From NCBI RefSeq assembly GCF_023055435.1, contig NW_025964301.1, positions 1,550,001-1,614,000 on the forward strand: a stretch of 64,000 nt of DNA, read 5' to 3'. Made by a program: the position numbers and the translations under genes. Origin of the DNA: Haliotis rufescens (lineage: Eukaryota). Below the pieces are notes generated by a model. The model saw nothing but the letters and a program-made list of their open reading frames with translations. It did no database searches and had not been told where the DNA came from. Numbering within the stretch: position 1 is the stretch's first letter; each line of letters opens with the position of its first letter. Shown here piece by piece: positions 36,316 to 50,200 of this stretch.

Positions 36316-36592
36316 GGGGGCATGGGTGGCCCAGTCGTCTAAGGCGCCGTGATTCGCTGTGCAGAGTTGCGTTCCTTGGGCACGCCAGAAACCTATGATT
36401 GTGGGTTCGAATCCTGGTTCGCCCCAATTATGTTTCTAGGTTTGTCAGCACGATACCCGTGCTCGTGGGTTTCACCGAAGTAGTAAATGTCTGAGACCTG
36501 CATCACTTCGGTCTTTCCTCCCACATTAAGCTGACACGCCGTGATATAACTGGAATACTGTTAAAAGTGGCGTTAAACCCAACTCACTCACT
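36316..36592 (+). mobile_element. SINE family A
   Basis: Full length; TSD tcaggtgtttcaa. Confidence 0.92.
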
Positions 36593-37020
36593 CAGGTGTT
36601 TCAAGTAAGAGATGTCAACACAATCACTAAATCAGCCTTCTCTCGATCCATGAGCTCCAGTCCAAGTTTATTTCCACTGTGCCGGTGTGTTACCTGGGTT
36701 AATGCCACTTCAGTACGACACTTCAGTTACATCAGGGCAGGTCAGGCTGATACAGGAGGAAGCCTGAGTGAGACAGGTCGTTGATGCTTACCATTTTTGT
36801 AAAGATGGTGGTAAGGTGAAATTGTGTTTAACATTGTGTGTGTGTTAGTGTACGTGTGTGTGTGCATGTACATGTGTGTGTGTGCTGTGTAATTCTAATA
36901 CCAGTTATGCTGGTTTTATAGTGCTAGCCCCCTCAGATACAATGCCACAGTTTAACATAGATACCCAAAGTACACTAACTCCGAGCAGACCAATCCTTGT
37001 TTTATCCCCTTAATCCCAAG

Positions 37021-37258
37021 ACCCATGCTTGCCGTAAAAGGCGACTAAGCTTGTCGTGAAAGGCGACTAACGGGATTGGGTGGTCAGGCTCGCTGACTTG
37101 GTTGATGCATGTCATCGATCCCAATTGCGTGGATCAATGTTCATGATGTAAATCAGGATTGTCTGGTCCAGACTCGATTATTTACAGACCGCCGTCATAT
37201 AGCTGGAATATTGATGGGTGCGGCGTTAAACAACAAACAAACAAACAAACAAACAAAC
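37021..37258 (+). mobile_element. SINE family B (5'-truncated) nested in a SINE C copy
   Basis: (AAAC)n tail; TSD cttaatcccaag. Confidence 0.85.
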
Positions 37259-37633
37259 TTAATCCCAAGTGCCAGTCAGGATAACAACAAGTACCATCGT
37301 TTTTACATCTTTTGGTACAACACAGCCAGGGGATCGAACTACCAGCCTTCCACCCTTCGGGCAGATCCACTAGATATCCACCTCCTGAAACCAATGAGCA
37401 GAGGACCGGTGCCGTCAAACCAAGGACAATCCTGCATTCAAACCCATGACAAGCAGATCCTGCGAGCCATGCGACTCAACTTAAGTACTTCAGACAAAAC
37501 AAACACAGGCATGTTATGCTGGTATTTATTGTACCGCAATTAAGCGTACATTGTTATATATAAATTAATGACTGATGGTAGACAGACATATACAACATCA
37601 TGTTGAAAGGAGCTGAGTCAACTCCCCTTCGGG

Positions 37634-37745
37634 TAGAGAGAGAGTGAGAGAGAGAGAGAGAGGGAGAGAGAGAGAGTGTGAACGTGATGAGAAAGGAGCC
37701 AGAGAGAGAGAGAGAGAGAGATAGAGAGATAGAGAGATAGAGATA
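37634..37745. repeat. (GA)n/(GAGATA)n microsatellite
   Basis: Direct inspection. Confidence 0.92.
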
Positions 37746-38357
37746 GTGTGATGAAGGTTGTGGAACCACAGGAGTAAGAGTTTAAAGGATGTAGGCAGTT
37801 TTTGCATGGAAAAGGTCCATGATTATAACCATGGCAAGCCACACATATCTTGATTTAGTTAATTTCAACAATGGTAACAAAGGTTAGTTTAAACATTCTC
37901 TAACTTTGAATTAATTTTAAATGTAGGCATAGCATACAATGAAATTTCCATATGAATACATGGCTGTAACTTTTACTTTTGATTATTGCCCCGAAGACAT
38001 ACAATATTGATGTTATCCCATAGTGATGAAGTGATTGACTTCATAGAGGGACCATCTCAATAGCCGAGTTGCTGAATGATTGATGTCACAATATTTCCAT
38101 GTCTTTCATTTCAAATCATGGCCTCAATGATTTAGTTGCTAACAAAAACATTTGAGACGGTCCCTTTAGTTGACCGAGAAATGACCTCTATCTACACATG
38201 TAATTCCCATTACCAATAGCTGGTAGATTTGTTATTAGTCGTCCAGTTAGCTTCTGTTTTGCACAACTGTCCACAACAGAATTAATGTGTTTACATCAAC
38301 AGATTGGTTAGCTGCACATACAGGATGCTCCATCCAAGGATAGTTTAATTTCAATTA

Positions 38358-38699
38358 CCGTATTCGACGTAATAAGCGCCCCGCTCTAATAAGCGCCATG
38401 GCGATATTTGCTAATATATTGGCTAGTGAGAAATCCCAATTAGCACCCCTTCCGATTGATCAATGTATACAAGACTTAATTATTGGTGTATAATACACAC
38501 TCGTGTGTTTTATGCACCCTTAATTATTGGGAATTAAATTCTGGAAAAATATATCTGTCGTACATAAACATTTCAGGCTGTCAGCATAAGCCACGAAATA
38601 TATCTTTCAACTGTTTTTTGTCACCAAAATAATATTCTAATAAGAGCCCCCTATTCCTAATTTTGAGAGCGCCCTGGGCGCTTATTACGTCGAATACGG
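38358..38699. mobile_element. Tc1/pogo-type MITE, TA TSD; further copies at 58709-59057 and ~19170-19441, and a degenerate relative in each 2.6-kb unit
   Basis: ta-CCGTATTCGACGTAATAAGCGCCC ... GGGCGCTTATTACGTCGAATACGG-ta. Confidence 0.9.
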
Positions 38700-41600
38700 T
38701 AACTCCTTATTTTGCAATGTTTCAAAAATAAATGCAATGAAATGTAAAATGAAATTTAATTTTTCTTGTGCATCAATGACATTGGTTGATTTTGTTTTTC
38801 AAAATATAAACTCAACAGAAATTTGTCTTCTGATTCATGATTTGAAAAGATGTCTTATGGTATAAAAGCTTGTGATGCAACACAACTAGAATAACTATTA
38901 GAATATACTACTCAACATTTGCTAAGGAACACACCTTTGACTAAAGATAACAATTTTGGTCCTAAGAAATGTTGAGTGGTACATTTGAATGTCAGTATGG
39001 TGTAGTAGTCTATATTTTCAACTGGCGTAAACCAATTATTTCAAATTTTATTATATTGACACCTTGAGATGTGAAATTGATGAAGAATTTGAAATAATGG
39101 TTTACTTTGGTAGAGTGAGTGAGTAAGTGAGAGGGGCCGTGTCAGCAATGTTTCAGCTATATATGACAGTGGGTTCTATACAGGTGATGGCACCGTTGTG
39201 CAGTATTGTTCCAGAAGCAGTGACTCAAATGCTGGGTGTGTGACCAATGATTGTATCAGCTACAAAATGCCAACTAGGAACCGCAACAAAAATAGTTCAA
39301 GTCTCCAAAAATATAAAAAAAAAGAAAAGGAGCTAAGATAAATATAAGCAAGAAAACAAAGAAACAAAATACCAATTGTTACGAAATCTGAAAACCTGCT
39401 GTGTAAGTTTACCTCATTACCATGGTAACAACCAATCAGGAAACAAGTCCAAACTTAATAACATGCATTGTAAAATATAACCTCAAAAAGTCCTGCTGGA
39501 AAACTCATACCTTTAGAAAGGAAACAAATCTTTGAGAACTGATCAATATAAAACAAAACAAATTTGCAGTTATTATTTACAGTTAACGAGGTCAAGCATC
39601 TTCCTGACTATTGGTTAGTAGATTCCCTGTAACCATGGCAACACACTAGATGCACTGATACTTGTAGCCAATCACAAAGAGAAAAGGACAAAGCCTTATA
39701 TGTGGTTGGTCAGTTTAAGAAGTTGGGAAATAATATTGGTTTGACAGAGGGTTCTAAGCAATTTGACAGGCTGACAATAAGGTTAGTCATTGTGTAGTGA
39801 GTAAGGTTGGTTTTAAGCTGCTTTGAGTGAGTGAGTGAGTGAGTGAGTGAGTGAGTGAGTGAGTGAGTGAGTAAGTTGGGTTTAATGCTGCTTTTAAGTT
39901 ATATCACAGCCTGTCAGCTTAATGTGGGAGGAAAGCCCGAAGTGATGCAGGTCTCAGACGTTTACCACATCGGTGTAAGCTGCTTTGAACAGTATTCCAG
40001 TTATACCAGAGGACCTCAGCCAAAAATGAGAGGACAGTCCAAAATAAAGCAGCTCAGACTTTTACCACTTTGGTGAAACCAACGAGCATGGGAATATGCT
40101 GACATCCTAGATACAAAGTCACTTGCAATGTGGCTTTTAACCCATGATCATAAGATTCTGGCACAGTAAAGGGAGGCAACTGTGCACAATGAACTGCAGC
40201 GAATGATCTGACTGAGCCACATGTGGATGGAAAGATTGGTTGGTTTGTTGTTTAACGCCGCACTCAGCAATATTCCAGCTATATGACGGCGGTCTGTAAA
40301 TAATCGAGTCTGGACCAGACAATCGAATGATTGATATCATGAGCATCGATCCACCCATTTGGAGGATGGAAAGAGGTTATGTCAGTGAAAGTGGTTGACT
40401 TGCAAGGTACAAGGCCCCGTTCCACAAAGTGATCTTAACACTAAGGTCTTTGTACTCCATCCTCTCACATATACTACGAGAATCCTAGCGTAATATCACC
40501 TTGTGAAACGAGGCCCAGGGGCCCATTCCAGGGAGCTATTTTAGCACTAAAGTGGTCTAACTCCCATCCTGTAACATAGGCTAATGACAATTGTGGAGCT
40601 AAGGTCACTTTGTGAAACGGGGCCAGGTCAACTGGCATTTCCAGCTAATTTGACATCAAAGGGAGACAACTGTTCAAAATACCAAGATAATAGCATTATT
40701 TTTCATTACGCAACTGACAAGCAACTGGTTCGTAACTGGATCTAGTGTGCAACCATGGCAACAGGTAATTAGTCCTTGCGTGCCAAGGATGGGAAGTTAA
40801 AGATTTCAGTAACTGTGTACTCAAAAGGAAGGTGTAAGGAAACAAAGAGAAATGCCTCAGAAGAATATAAAGGGTTAATATGATCACACACAACACTACC
40901 CATACATATACATGCACACAACTTCAACCAGAACCTCCACAGTGTTAAGGAAAACAGTACATTCTCTACAGGTACATCACAAAAAAACATATACCCCACC
41001 TAAAATACAACATAGACTAGTTCAGTTGACCAAGGTGAGAGCTATCACATGAGTATAATTAACACAGCAGCACTAGAGCTAGACATCGAGTGTAAGGCTA
41101 TACTGACCAACCAGTAGCTAAATACCGTATTCCTCTATTAAACACCGGGTCTCCAATACATGCCTGCCTCTACATGATGCTGGCTCATAGGCTCTGCCTT
41201 GGAAGCCGGGTCTGATATGTTGATGATTATTAAGTTTCCTGCAAATGGACCCTTTGTTAGACTGCAGAATTTGGGATTCGGTAAGGTGGGGAGTAGCCAC
41301 TGTGTCAGCACTAAACAGAGGAGCGTCCAGGCCTCTGATAGAGTCCGGTCAACGGCTTGTGAGAAATTAATAGACACCTGGGCGTCTAACTGAGGAAATA
41401 CAGTACATGTGTGATGCTTGCCTATTGATAGGAGGATTGAAGAGATATGAATCGTTGTAATAGTTTCTTTGGTCATGTGGACGAGGCAGATCTCAGATCT
41501 TGGATGTGCGCTCAGATCAGAAGGTCCATGGTTTGAATCCCATCATGTGACTTGAAAATTTTATGGCTGCAACATTAGCTACCATTTGTTATGGAAAAAA

Positions 41601-42549
41601 GGAATGCAGTCACTAAAACATTACTTGTCCAAAATAAAATTTGGCACTTCTATTCAATGCTTTACATTAATGTCACCTCGGACAAACAAAGCAAGGTGGC
41701 TAACATTCAGACCTGTTGTCAAGCGTAGACTTTGTCGCAATAAGGCAAGTCATCACACATGTACTACCAGATATCACACTGAGGCTACTCCAAATCAACA
41801 AAAGCCTGTTACTAAGACCACCCCTGCCTTAATGAACACAACACAGATATATATATATATATATATATACAGTGTTTTACCTGACTGTATATGGCCAGAT
41901 TTCGTTACGTTCTTTATATCAAAGTTCATTTTTTTAAATAATGATGCTAATTTCTTTTTTAAAAACATCAAGCAATAACTTTTGTTCTGTTGCCACTTTG
42001 AAAAATGTTGATATTTTGAAACGGACTATCAGTGCCTTTTTGCTACTAGCTAATGTGATCACAGAAATTAAAATGCTACTTCAACAGGTAAACATATTAC
42101 TGTTTAAGACAAACATTTTCAATAAATTAAGAAGTGTTTCCATGGAAACATCAGCAGTTTGGGGGAAATTTGTAACTGTAAAATACATAATATCACACGG
42201 TTAGTCACTACCATAAACATCTTCATTATCAAGAGAAGCCCAAGGAAAGTCACAGACAGTTGTAAGGAAACTATTCTCACGACTTTGATCTAAACGAAAG
42301 CCATGTCTGCTTATGATAGAATGTTTGGGTATGATTTGGAATGTCCGCGATGCCTTGAGATACAGCTATGTTGATAACTGCTGGAGTTTACATGCCTGAT
42401 GCTGAATATCATCATCAATACTTCACCAGTCCGAATTCGGAGCCAAATATTTCTCAATATAAAACTGGTTCTCAGACAACTGCAATTACATGATCATTGC
42501 CATAGGCTCCTTAAACAAGAACAGTTAGCACTCAAGGTCATAATAAGAA

Positions 42550-42809
42550 TGAGTGAGTGAGTGAGTTTGGTTTAACGCCGCTTTTAACAGTATGCAAGTT
42601 ATCTCATGGAAAACCCGAAGTGATGCAGGTCTCAGACATTTACCACTTCGGTGAAACCAACGAGCACAGGTATGGTGCTGACAAACCCAGAAACATAATC
42701 AGGGTGAACCGGGATTCGAACCCACAATCATGGTTTTCTGGTGTGCCCAAGGGACGCAACTCTGCATAGCGAATTGCGGAGCCTTAGACGACTGGGCCAC
42801 CCGTGCCCC
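42550..42809 (-). mobile_element. SINE family A (internal deletion)
   Basis: Similarity to the other copies. Confidence 0.85.
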
Positions 42810-44201
42810 TGCATAATAAAAAATTATTAGATTTTTATTCAAATCTTTAAAATAATGTTGGAGGTGAGTCACATGATGCATGAAAGTTTGGTGGGACTGT
42901 GTCCATGCTGTGCTTCATCAAATGTTTGTGTTTGTTTGTTGTTCAACATGTTTGTTTGGTGGAATCAGTCTGTGTTTGTGTGAGTGAGTGAATGCTGTTA
43001 CAAGCCACTGAGCACTATTCCAGCTGTATGATTGCGGTCTGTAATTAATCAAGTCTGGACCAGACAATCCAGTGATTGATGTAATGAGCACCGATCCACG
43101 TCATCTGGGTACGATGACATGCATCAACCAAGTCACAAACAGTGACCACCTATCCATTTGGTCGCCTCTTACAACCAGCATAGGTTGCTGGGGACCAGTT
43201 CTAACCCGGCATCACCACAAGCACTTCAACAAAGGAAAGGGACCACATTTGGCAGTGGCAGCTTCGGTTGTATACTCCCCAGGGAGCTGAGAATGAAAAT
43301 CGAGTGCTCACTGATCCACTGACCGGGGTAATAACAGTGTAGCGCTATGAGCATCCACTTGGTGAATGGAATGTGGCGCATTATAAATGCACTTAATATT
43401 ATCATTATTATTATTTAGAAAGTTTCATCTGTAGGTACTGTAGGTTTAACAGGAGGTGATAGGGTTGTTTGGTAGTGAGGTGTGTTGGGTTAAAAATCTA
43501 ATAATTCTTTCATTACGGCCTGAGGTGTTTTTGTTCATAAAAAACAAAACATTAAACCATAAACATGCTTGATTTTGATGTTAGCTTGAAAATTGTTAAA
43601 TATTTTCTCATTTTAATTAGAAGTAAATTGAGCCAGAAGACACATTCTCAACACTTCACAAGCTTAAGGTATCCAGTTAAGGAGCAGAAATTCCTAAAAT
43701 ACCAAAAACATTTTGTAAACTACTTTAAAATGATAAGCACCACCTGATTCTTAGTTAATCTGTCATGGCATACATTAGTATATAGTCACTACCATATAAA
43801 CTAGCGATCTTAATGAGCCCTATCACTGCTAATGTATCAATTATTTTCACGGATGACGAAATATTGACAATATATACAACACATATACCCTTTCTCCATA
43901 GTGGTAGGTGCAGTCGTACTACTGTACTTCCCGGTCTATAATGAACACTTCAATAAGATACAGTGTAGGGGCAAGTATTATACCCAAGTGTGTATTACCG
44001 TAAATCCGAAAAGTTTTGCGCCAATAAATTATTGCGAGCGGGTAACAATAGCCATAACTGCGTCACCATGACGATGAGATTACCAAAGATGAGGGTTGCT
44101 TTTGCATGTGTTATTGTTCTTGAGTGGAACTAGCGGGATGAAAAGTGTCGGTCAGCGTTTGTTTTAACTACAGATACATGCATTGTTGTTGTTGACAAGG
44201 A

Positions 44202-44363
44202 GTGAGTGAGTATGGCTTTACGCCGCTTTTAGCAATGTTCCAGCAATATCATGGCGGGGGACACCAGAAATGGGCTTCACACATTGTACCCATGTCGGGA
44301 ATCGAACCCGGGTTTTCGGCATGACGAGCGAACGCTTTAACCACTAGGCTACCCGACCGCCCC
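44202..44363 (-). mobile_element. SINE family D (short, tRNA-derived head)
   Basis: A box TAGCCTAGTGG, B box GGTTCGATTCC; 12-bp TSD tgttgacaagga; second full copy at 49719-49887. Confidence 0.9.
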
Positions 44364-47297
44364 TGTTGACAAGGAAGGTTGAAGTAGCATGTTTATCTAA
44401 CAAAAGGATAGTGATGTCTGGACTACAGTGTTACGTAAGGAAATTGACAAGGTGTGTCAGGTTAGTGAACTTTCCTGAGCGTGACAATGGATAATAAGTT
44501 AACAAGATGTTAGGGATTATTGATATAATCATGTTCTGGCTTGTTTGACAATGTGAAGTGAATAAGCGAAATATGCATCCTTATGTTTTTTGTTAGGTGT
44601 TGGTCTGCAAATATAACTGCGTCATGAAGCTATTGCGAGTGTGTGTTACACATAGTTTTCGACGTACCATCCTGCTTGCAAAACTTTCCAGATTTACAGT
44701 ACACCGTGAGCAATACGTCACAGTTTTGTACGCACTTCATTTCACCATCTGTGAATACATACAACCAGTGAAGTACTGACGAAAGCATCCTCCACAAACT
44801 ACGACAGGGTGACTAATGAAACGACTCCCAATCACCTAGCACGTTACCAAGGCATATCACAAAGAAAACCTCCATTAGCACGATTAGTATTGTCAAGCTT
44901 CAAAGGAACTCAAAGTACAAACAAATTAAATCCTATTCTAGCATACTGACTTGGCTGGAAGTTATTAATTACATTACTCATAGTGGTGTTTTATGACATT
45001 TCTGTTGCTTGTCTGCGATGAAGGATTGAATATGATTGCGAGTGAAATGAGATAAAATTTGGATATCGTATTATAATGAGAATGGCAAACATGTGATGAT
45101 GACTGTTATGATGAAATAAAGATGAGTCTGGATTCGGAAACTGATGAAAATGGTGGTCATGACAAGTGATGATTATGATGATGATAATGATTATGGCATG
45201 AAGAGTCAGTTTTGTGAATGCTGTCCAACAGACCCATATGATTCACGTGTACAAAGATGCACAAGCGTTGGCTTGTGTAACGATGAAGTGATGTAGCTTA
45301 GAACACAGATCTTACCGGTGTAAAACCTGCTCACGCTAATTGAGAAATACTACAGTCAGCCCTGCACGACACGGATGTATCCAACAAGGATGGAAATCAA
45401 CCAAGAACGTCTACCTGCCCCAATAGTGACAATATATAGCAATACCCCCAAAAATGTTTGCAGTTCTGCTTGCTCTTAAGATACCTCTTACATTAACAAA
45501 ACTGGGGTAGGGTTGGAGGGGGCTAGAGACATGGACCCTAAATATATATATTACGTGTCCATGCTCGAGCTAATTTCCATCCCTGACCAATAATGGATCA
45601 TGGTCTGTAAGTGTGTAACCTTTCACCTTGAAGATGAAACTTTTGAAAATATTACTACAAAATATCTTATAATAGAGTATAACATGGTACTCAAATAATG
45701 CTAAACTTCATAGTCTATGACCATTAATAAATTTCAATATTTGGCAGATTAATAATTTTTTTGTATATGTCAGTTATGGAAAACTGTCATCAGTCAGTAA
45801 ATAAACTTATTTACACTGAGAAATATGCATAATTGTTTTGGTACTTCATTTTCTAAATGAAAAACAATATTCATATTCATATCGACACTAAATTTGTCAC
45901 CAAATAAAACTTGCTCTATGACATAATGGCCAAGCTGTTAAACTGAAAGCACCCATGACAAACAAAATGGCCGACCATGCACCGTGCAGACTGACTAACA
46001 ATACGACTGTTACCGTGGCAACTGACACTGCACTGACAGCTGTAGACTATTGATGACAAGAATAGCACTGAGTTGCTACTATAGATATGTACAACATTTG
46101 TCAAGAAAAAAATCACAGATAATTGAAACGTTTAGCACAATGGAACTCCCTAGGGTCTCCCACTGGGGTTGTCGAGGAATAAGTTAACGAGCTGATCCGA
46201 GTTTGTGAGTCCAGAGTGAAGTTTTCTCCGCCAAGGCCAACATAGTTTCACGTACCAGGCCTCTTGCTTAATCTGCATCGTTGAAACCGTTGAACTTCTT
46301 CGTATATCAACCTTTTCAGCTGAACTGTACGAAATCCTTCATGTAAAGATAAATGATTCTGTTTTGTGAATCTATTTGGGGTGTCATACTTCACCAATGT
46401 ATTACATTGTGAATTTATATCCGATGATACGATACATGATACGCCTACCCATAGATTGATTCATTCAATAATTCTATATAAATCTTAAAGTAATATTTAC
46501 AAATTTTGCAACAACTCATCCTGGTAATTAACAGGGCTAGCCTTAAATTTATATCTATAACAAGACAAAGCGTTAATCTGATAACATAATTAACATACTT
46601 TCAGAACACGCCTGAAGTAACTAAATGTGAATTACACACAACCTCGTTGCTAGCAACAACATATTGTTAAACAGGCCACGTGGAAAACTTCACAAAAAAA
46701 CAGCGGAACTTGAGTATCACGATATTCGTCATATTGTGACTCGATTATCTTGATTTGATTCAACGTGAGGTAGACGTATCATGACACCCCTAGAACCTAT
46801 GAACATAAGGAGGTTCCAATGAAAATCAGACTGAAAAGGTCAAGTTCTGCAGATTTAGGAACTGGATGACAAATCTTAAAACGCACTGTAAGCCTGTCGA
46901 AAGTACATTCACAAAGATTTGTCTACAAGTGAGGATTAAAAAGTACTTCACAATATGCAGACGACAAAAAGGTCTGAAGGTAATCTTGACATTTCCTCCG
47001 AAAGCCGACACTGCTCACGTGACATCCAGACAGTACAAAGATGTCTGCCATGTTAAAAACGGGTCTCAAACTCGGGATCTGGTCTCTTCCAGAATCAGCT
47101 CTACGTGGATTCAGTTCGAGTTGCGGACACATGCCACCATTGACTCACAATAAACCGTCTTGTGTTCCTCCCAATCAAGACAGTCCAATCATGTGGAGGG
47201 TCACACGATCATACTTGACACGGGTACACCGATACACTGTAACCATGGTAACAGATCACATGACCTATGATGAGGGGGTGTGTGAGGGGGGGGAGAG

Positions 47298-50200
47298 TCA
47301 GTCCCATCCGTTGTCTTTGATCATGTGTGCCAGTTCGATGATAAACTTCCCTTCCTTGTACTTCTGACTAGATTCAAATGCATGTTCCTGAAACCACAAA
47401 GAACCGCATCAAGTCATATTTTCTAAGTTCCATAACAGTTGTTTTGTTTAACGCCGCAACCAGCAGTATTCCAGCTATATGACGGCAGCCTGTATATATA
47501 TCTAGTCTGAACCAGACAACCCAGTGATTGATAAGAGCAACGATCCAATTGTCAGCCTATGAGGACATTCAATCAAAGTTACGAGTCAGTGAGTGAGTGA
47601 GTATTGTTTTACGCCGCTTTTAGCAATATTCCAGCAATACCACAGCGGGGGACACTAGAAATGGGCTTCATCAAAATTACGAAGTCTTACGAACTGATCT
47701 TTAAAGTTGCTCATAACCGACAATGTAAGACTAAATAATTACCCTCCCTTCATCTTGTTTATGAAAAATTAGTCCTTATGATTTTGATCATTCATTGTCA
47801 TATAATTCGTATGAATTAAGGAAGAAATTGAATTTTCGTAAGTCAGTTGTAAATTCGAAAAAAAACACCAAAAATTCGGAACAGTTTGCAGCTATGTGAT
47901 GGGTTGAAACAGTCAGAGGCAACTCACGTATTTCCAGCCCAGTGTGGTTTTGCAGCACTCGCAGTAGATGTCCGCAACGGCATGCAACCCCGTCAGCAAC
48001 ACCCTCTCCTCCGCTGGTCCGCAGCCGACGTTAACACTGGAGAAAAGGGCCACATTCAGTATCCAGGGACAGTAGGGGGGATAACTCTTGTTGTACACAG
48101 ATGAATCAGAACACAAGTTGGTTAGTTTGTTTGTTTGTTGTTTAACGCCGCACTCAGCAATATTCCAGCTATAAGAAGGCAGTCTCTAATTATTCAAGTC
48201 TGAACTGGACAATCCAGTGATTTAAATCATGAGCATCGATCCTAATAATTGGGATACAATGACACGTATCAACCAAGACAGCAAGCTTTACTACCCGATC
48301 CTGTAAGTTGCCTCTAACGACAAGCATAGTCACCTCTTACGACAAGCATAGCTGCCTTTTACGACAAGCATGGGATGCTGAAGACCTATTCTACCCCGGA
48401 TCTTCACGGGTGTAGAACACAAGTACGCACAGACACAGTGAAGGATGAGATACTGTAAATCATGAAATTAATGCATAGAATAGGAGTGTCCCTTACACAA
48501 AGTGACATATTTTTATCTGGAGGGTATTGTTATGTCCGGTTCACTGCACGCGGACATGCTTGCCCATTTCACGAACACTTAGTGCCCTTACTAACTTCCA
48601 GTGATCATTCACATAAATTTCACTACTATTTTGCTTTTGAAGCGTAACGGAATCCGTTATGGCTGGAATACGAGTCTGTTCTCTTGCCTTGACGTTTCAC
48701 ATATATAACGACCCGTGAAGATCTGGGGTAGAATAGGTCTTCAGCAACCCATGCTTGCCGTAAGAGGCGACTTACGGGATCGGGTGGTCAGGCTCGCTGA
48801 CTTGGTTGAAGCATGTCATTGATCCCAAGTGCGTGGATCGATGCTCATGATATCAATCACTGGATTGTCTGGTCCAGACTCGATTATTTACAGACTGCCG
48901 TCATATAGCTTGAATATCGCCGAGTGCGGCGTAAAACAACAAACAAAACAAAAACAAACGAATCATATATATAACAAAACTCACACTACACAATGTACTA
49001 GAGAGCTACATTTAGACAAGTGTGGTCAGTTGTTTACGCAAGTTGATGAAGCTGTTGTGACAGTCGTCAACCATGTGTATAACGGCATCTTTGTTTTTGG
49101 TAAGATTTGTCAAATAATCTAATTATGACTAACAAAACACCCACCACAAAGTGAAAATGTTCAGTTCAGCAACAACAGTCATGTTGAATACATAACACTG
49201 CTCATCTTCCCGAGGCAAGCGAATTAACTGGCTATAAAAGTCCAGTTTCCACCCTTGCCGAACTAGGCTGGTATTATGGAGTTACTTTTTGGCTGGACTT
49301 ACGTGTCTATGCATAGTCCAATCAAAATCTCGTTAAAAACTGTCGTGCAGATTTCGGTCGATTGCAGAATTTGCAAAGCATGTGCACCAACAACTCGTTG
49401 TCAACAGATATTTTCCAAACCTTTCATGTTTTTAATCAATGTGCTCGTGTGATTTGATGCTCTTCACAATGTAAGACCCGTTTTATCACAATATAGATCT
49501 TGATTATCGATCAGATGGTCTTGACTTGGCGCCGCCATTTTGTTTGAAACAAATATAAGTGATAGAATCGGATTGGTCCATAGGATCGGCTCAGAAGGGA
49601 CATAACTCATAATAACCACTGGTTGCGCTACGATGGAGCCCAGTAATTCCAGCCTAGTTCGGCAAGGGTCGAAACTGGACTTTTAAAGTCAGATAACTCC
49701 CTTGCCTCGGGAAGATGAGTGAGTGAGTCAGTGAGTTTGATTTTACGCCGCTTTTAGCAATATTCCAGCAATATCACAGCGGGGGACACAAGAAATGGGC
49801 TTCACACATTGTACCCATGTCAGGAATCGAACCCGGGTCTTCGGCGTGACGAGCGAACGCTTTAACCACTAGGCTACCCGACCGCCCCTCGGGAAGATGA
49901 ACACTGCTCAGTTACATTCAAAGGATTATGCTAACTTGTGAAACAACACTTTAAACCTGTACAATCTTTACTGGTCACCTGACCTGTATCATTTGATTTG
50001 TATGTTTGTTTGTTGTTTAACGCCACACTCAGCTATATTCCAGCTATATAAGGGCAGTCTGTAAATAATCGATCCAGTGATTGACGTCATGCACATCGAT
50101 CCACGCAATTGGGATTGATGACATGCATCAACCAAGACAGCAAGCCTGACTACCAGATCTTGTTAGTCACCTCTTACGACAAGCAGAGTCGCCTTTTACA

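Noticed and set aside
39184-39340. Possible plus-strand terminal exon (GDGTVVQYCSRSS...KEKELR*)
   Set aside because: Weak acceptor, no partner exons or homology recognisable.
44270-44363. tRNA-like sequences in SINE A, C and D heads
   Set aside because: Followed by SINE bodies, tails and TSDs, with incomplete cloverleafs; not functional tRNA genes.
46245-46325. Minus-strand peptide LKRLIYEEVQRFQ resembling a MAP-kinase C-terminal helix
   Set aside because: Too short, no other kinase exons found; probably chance, and likely within the YPEL 3' region.
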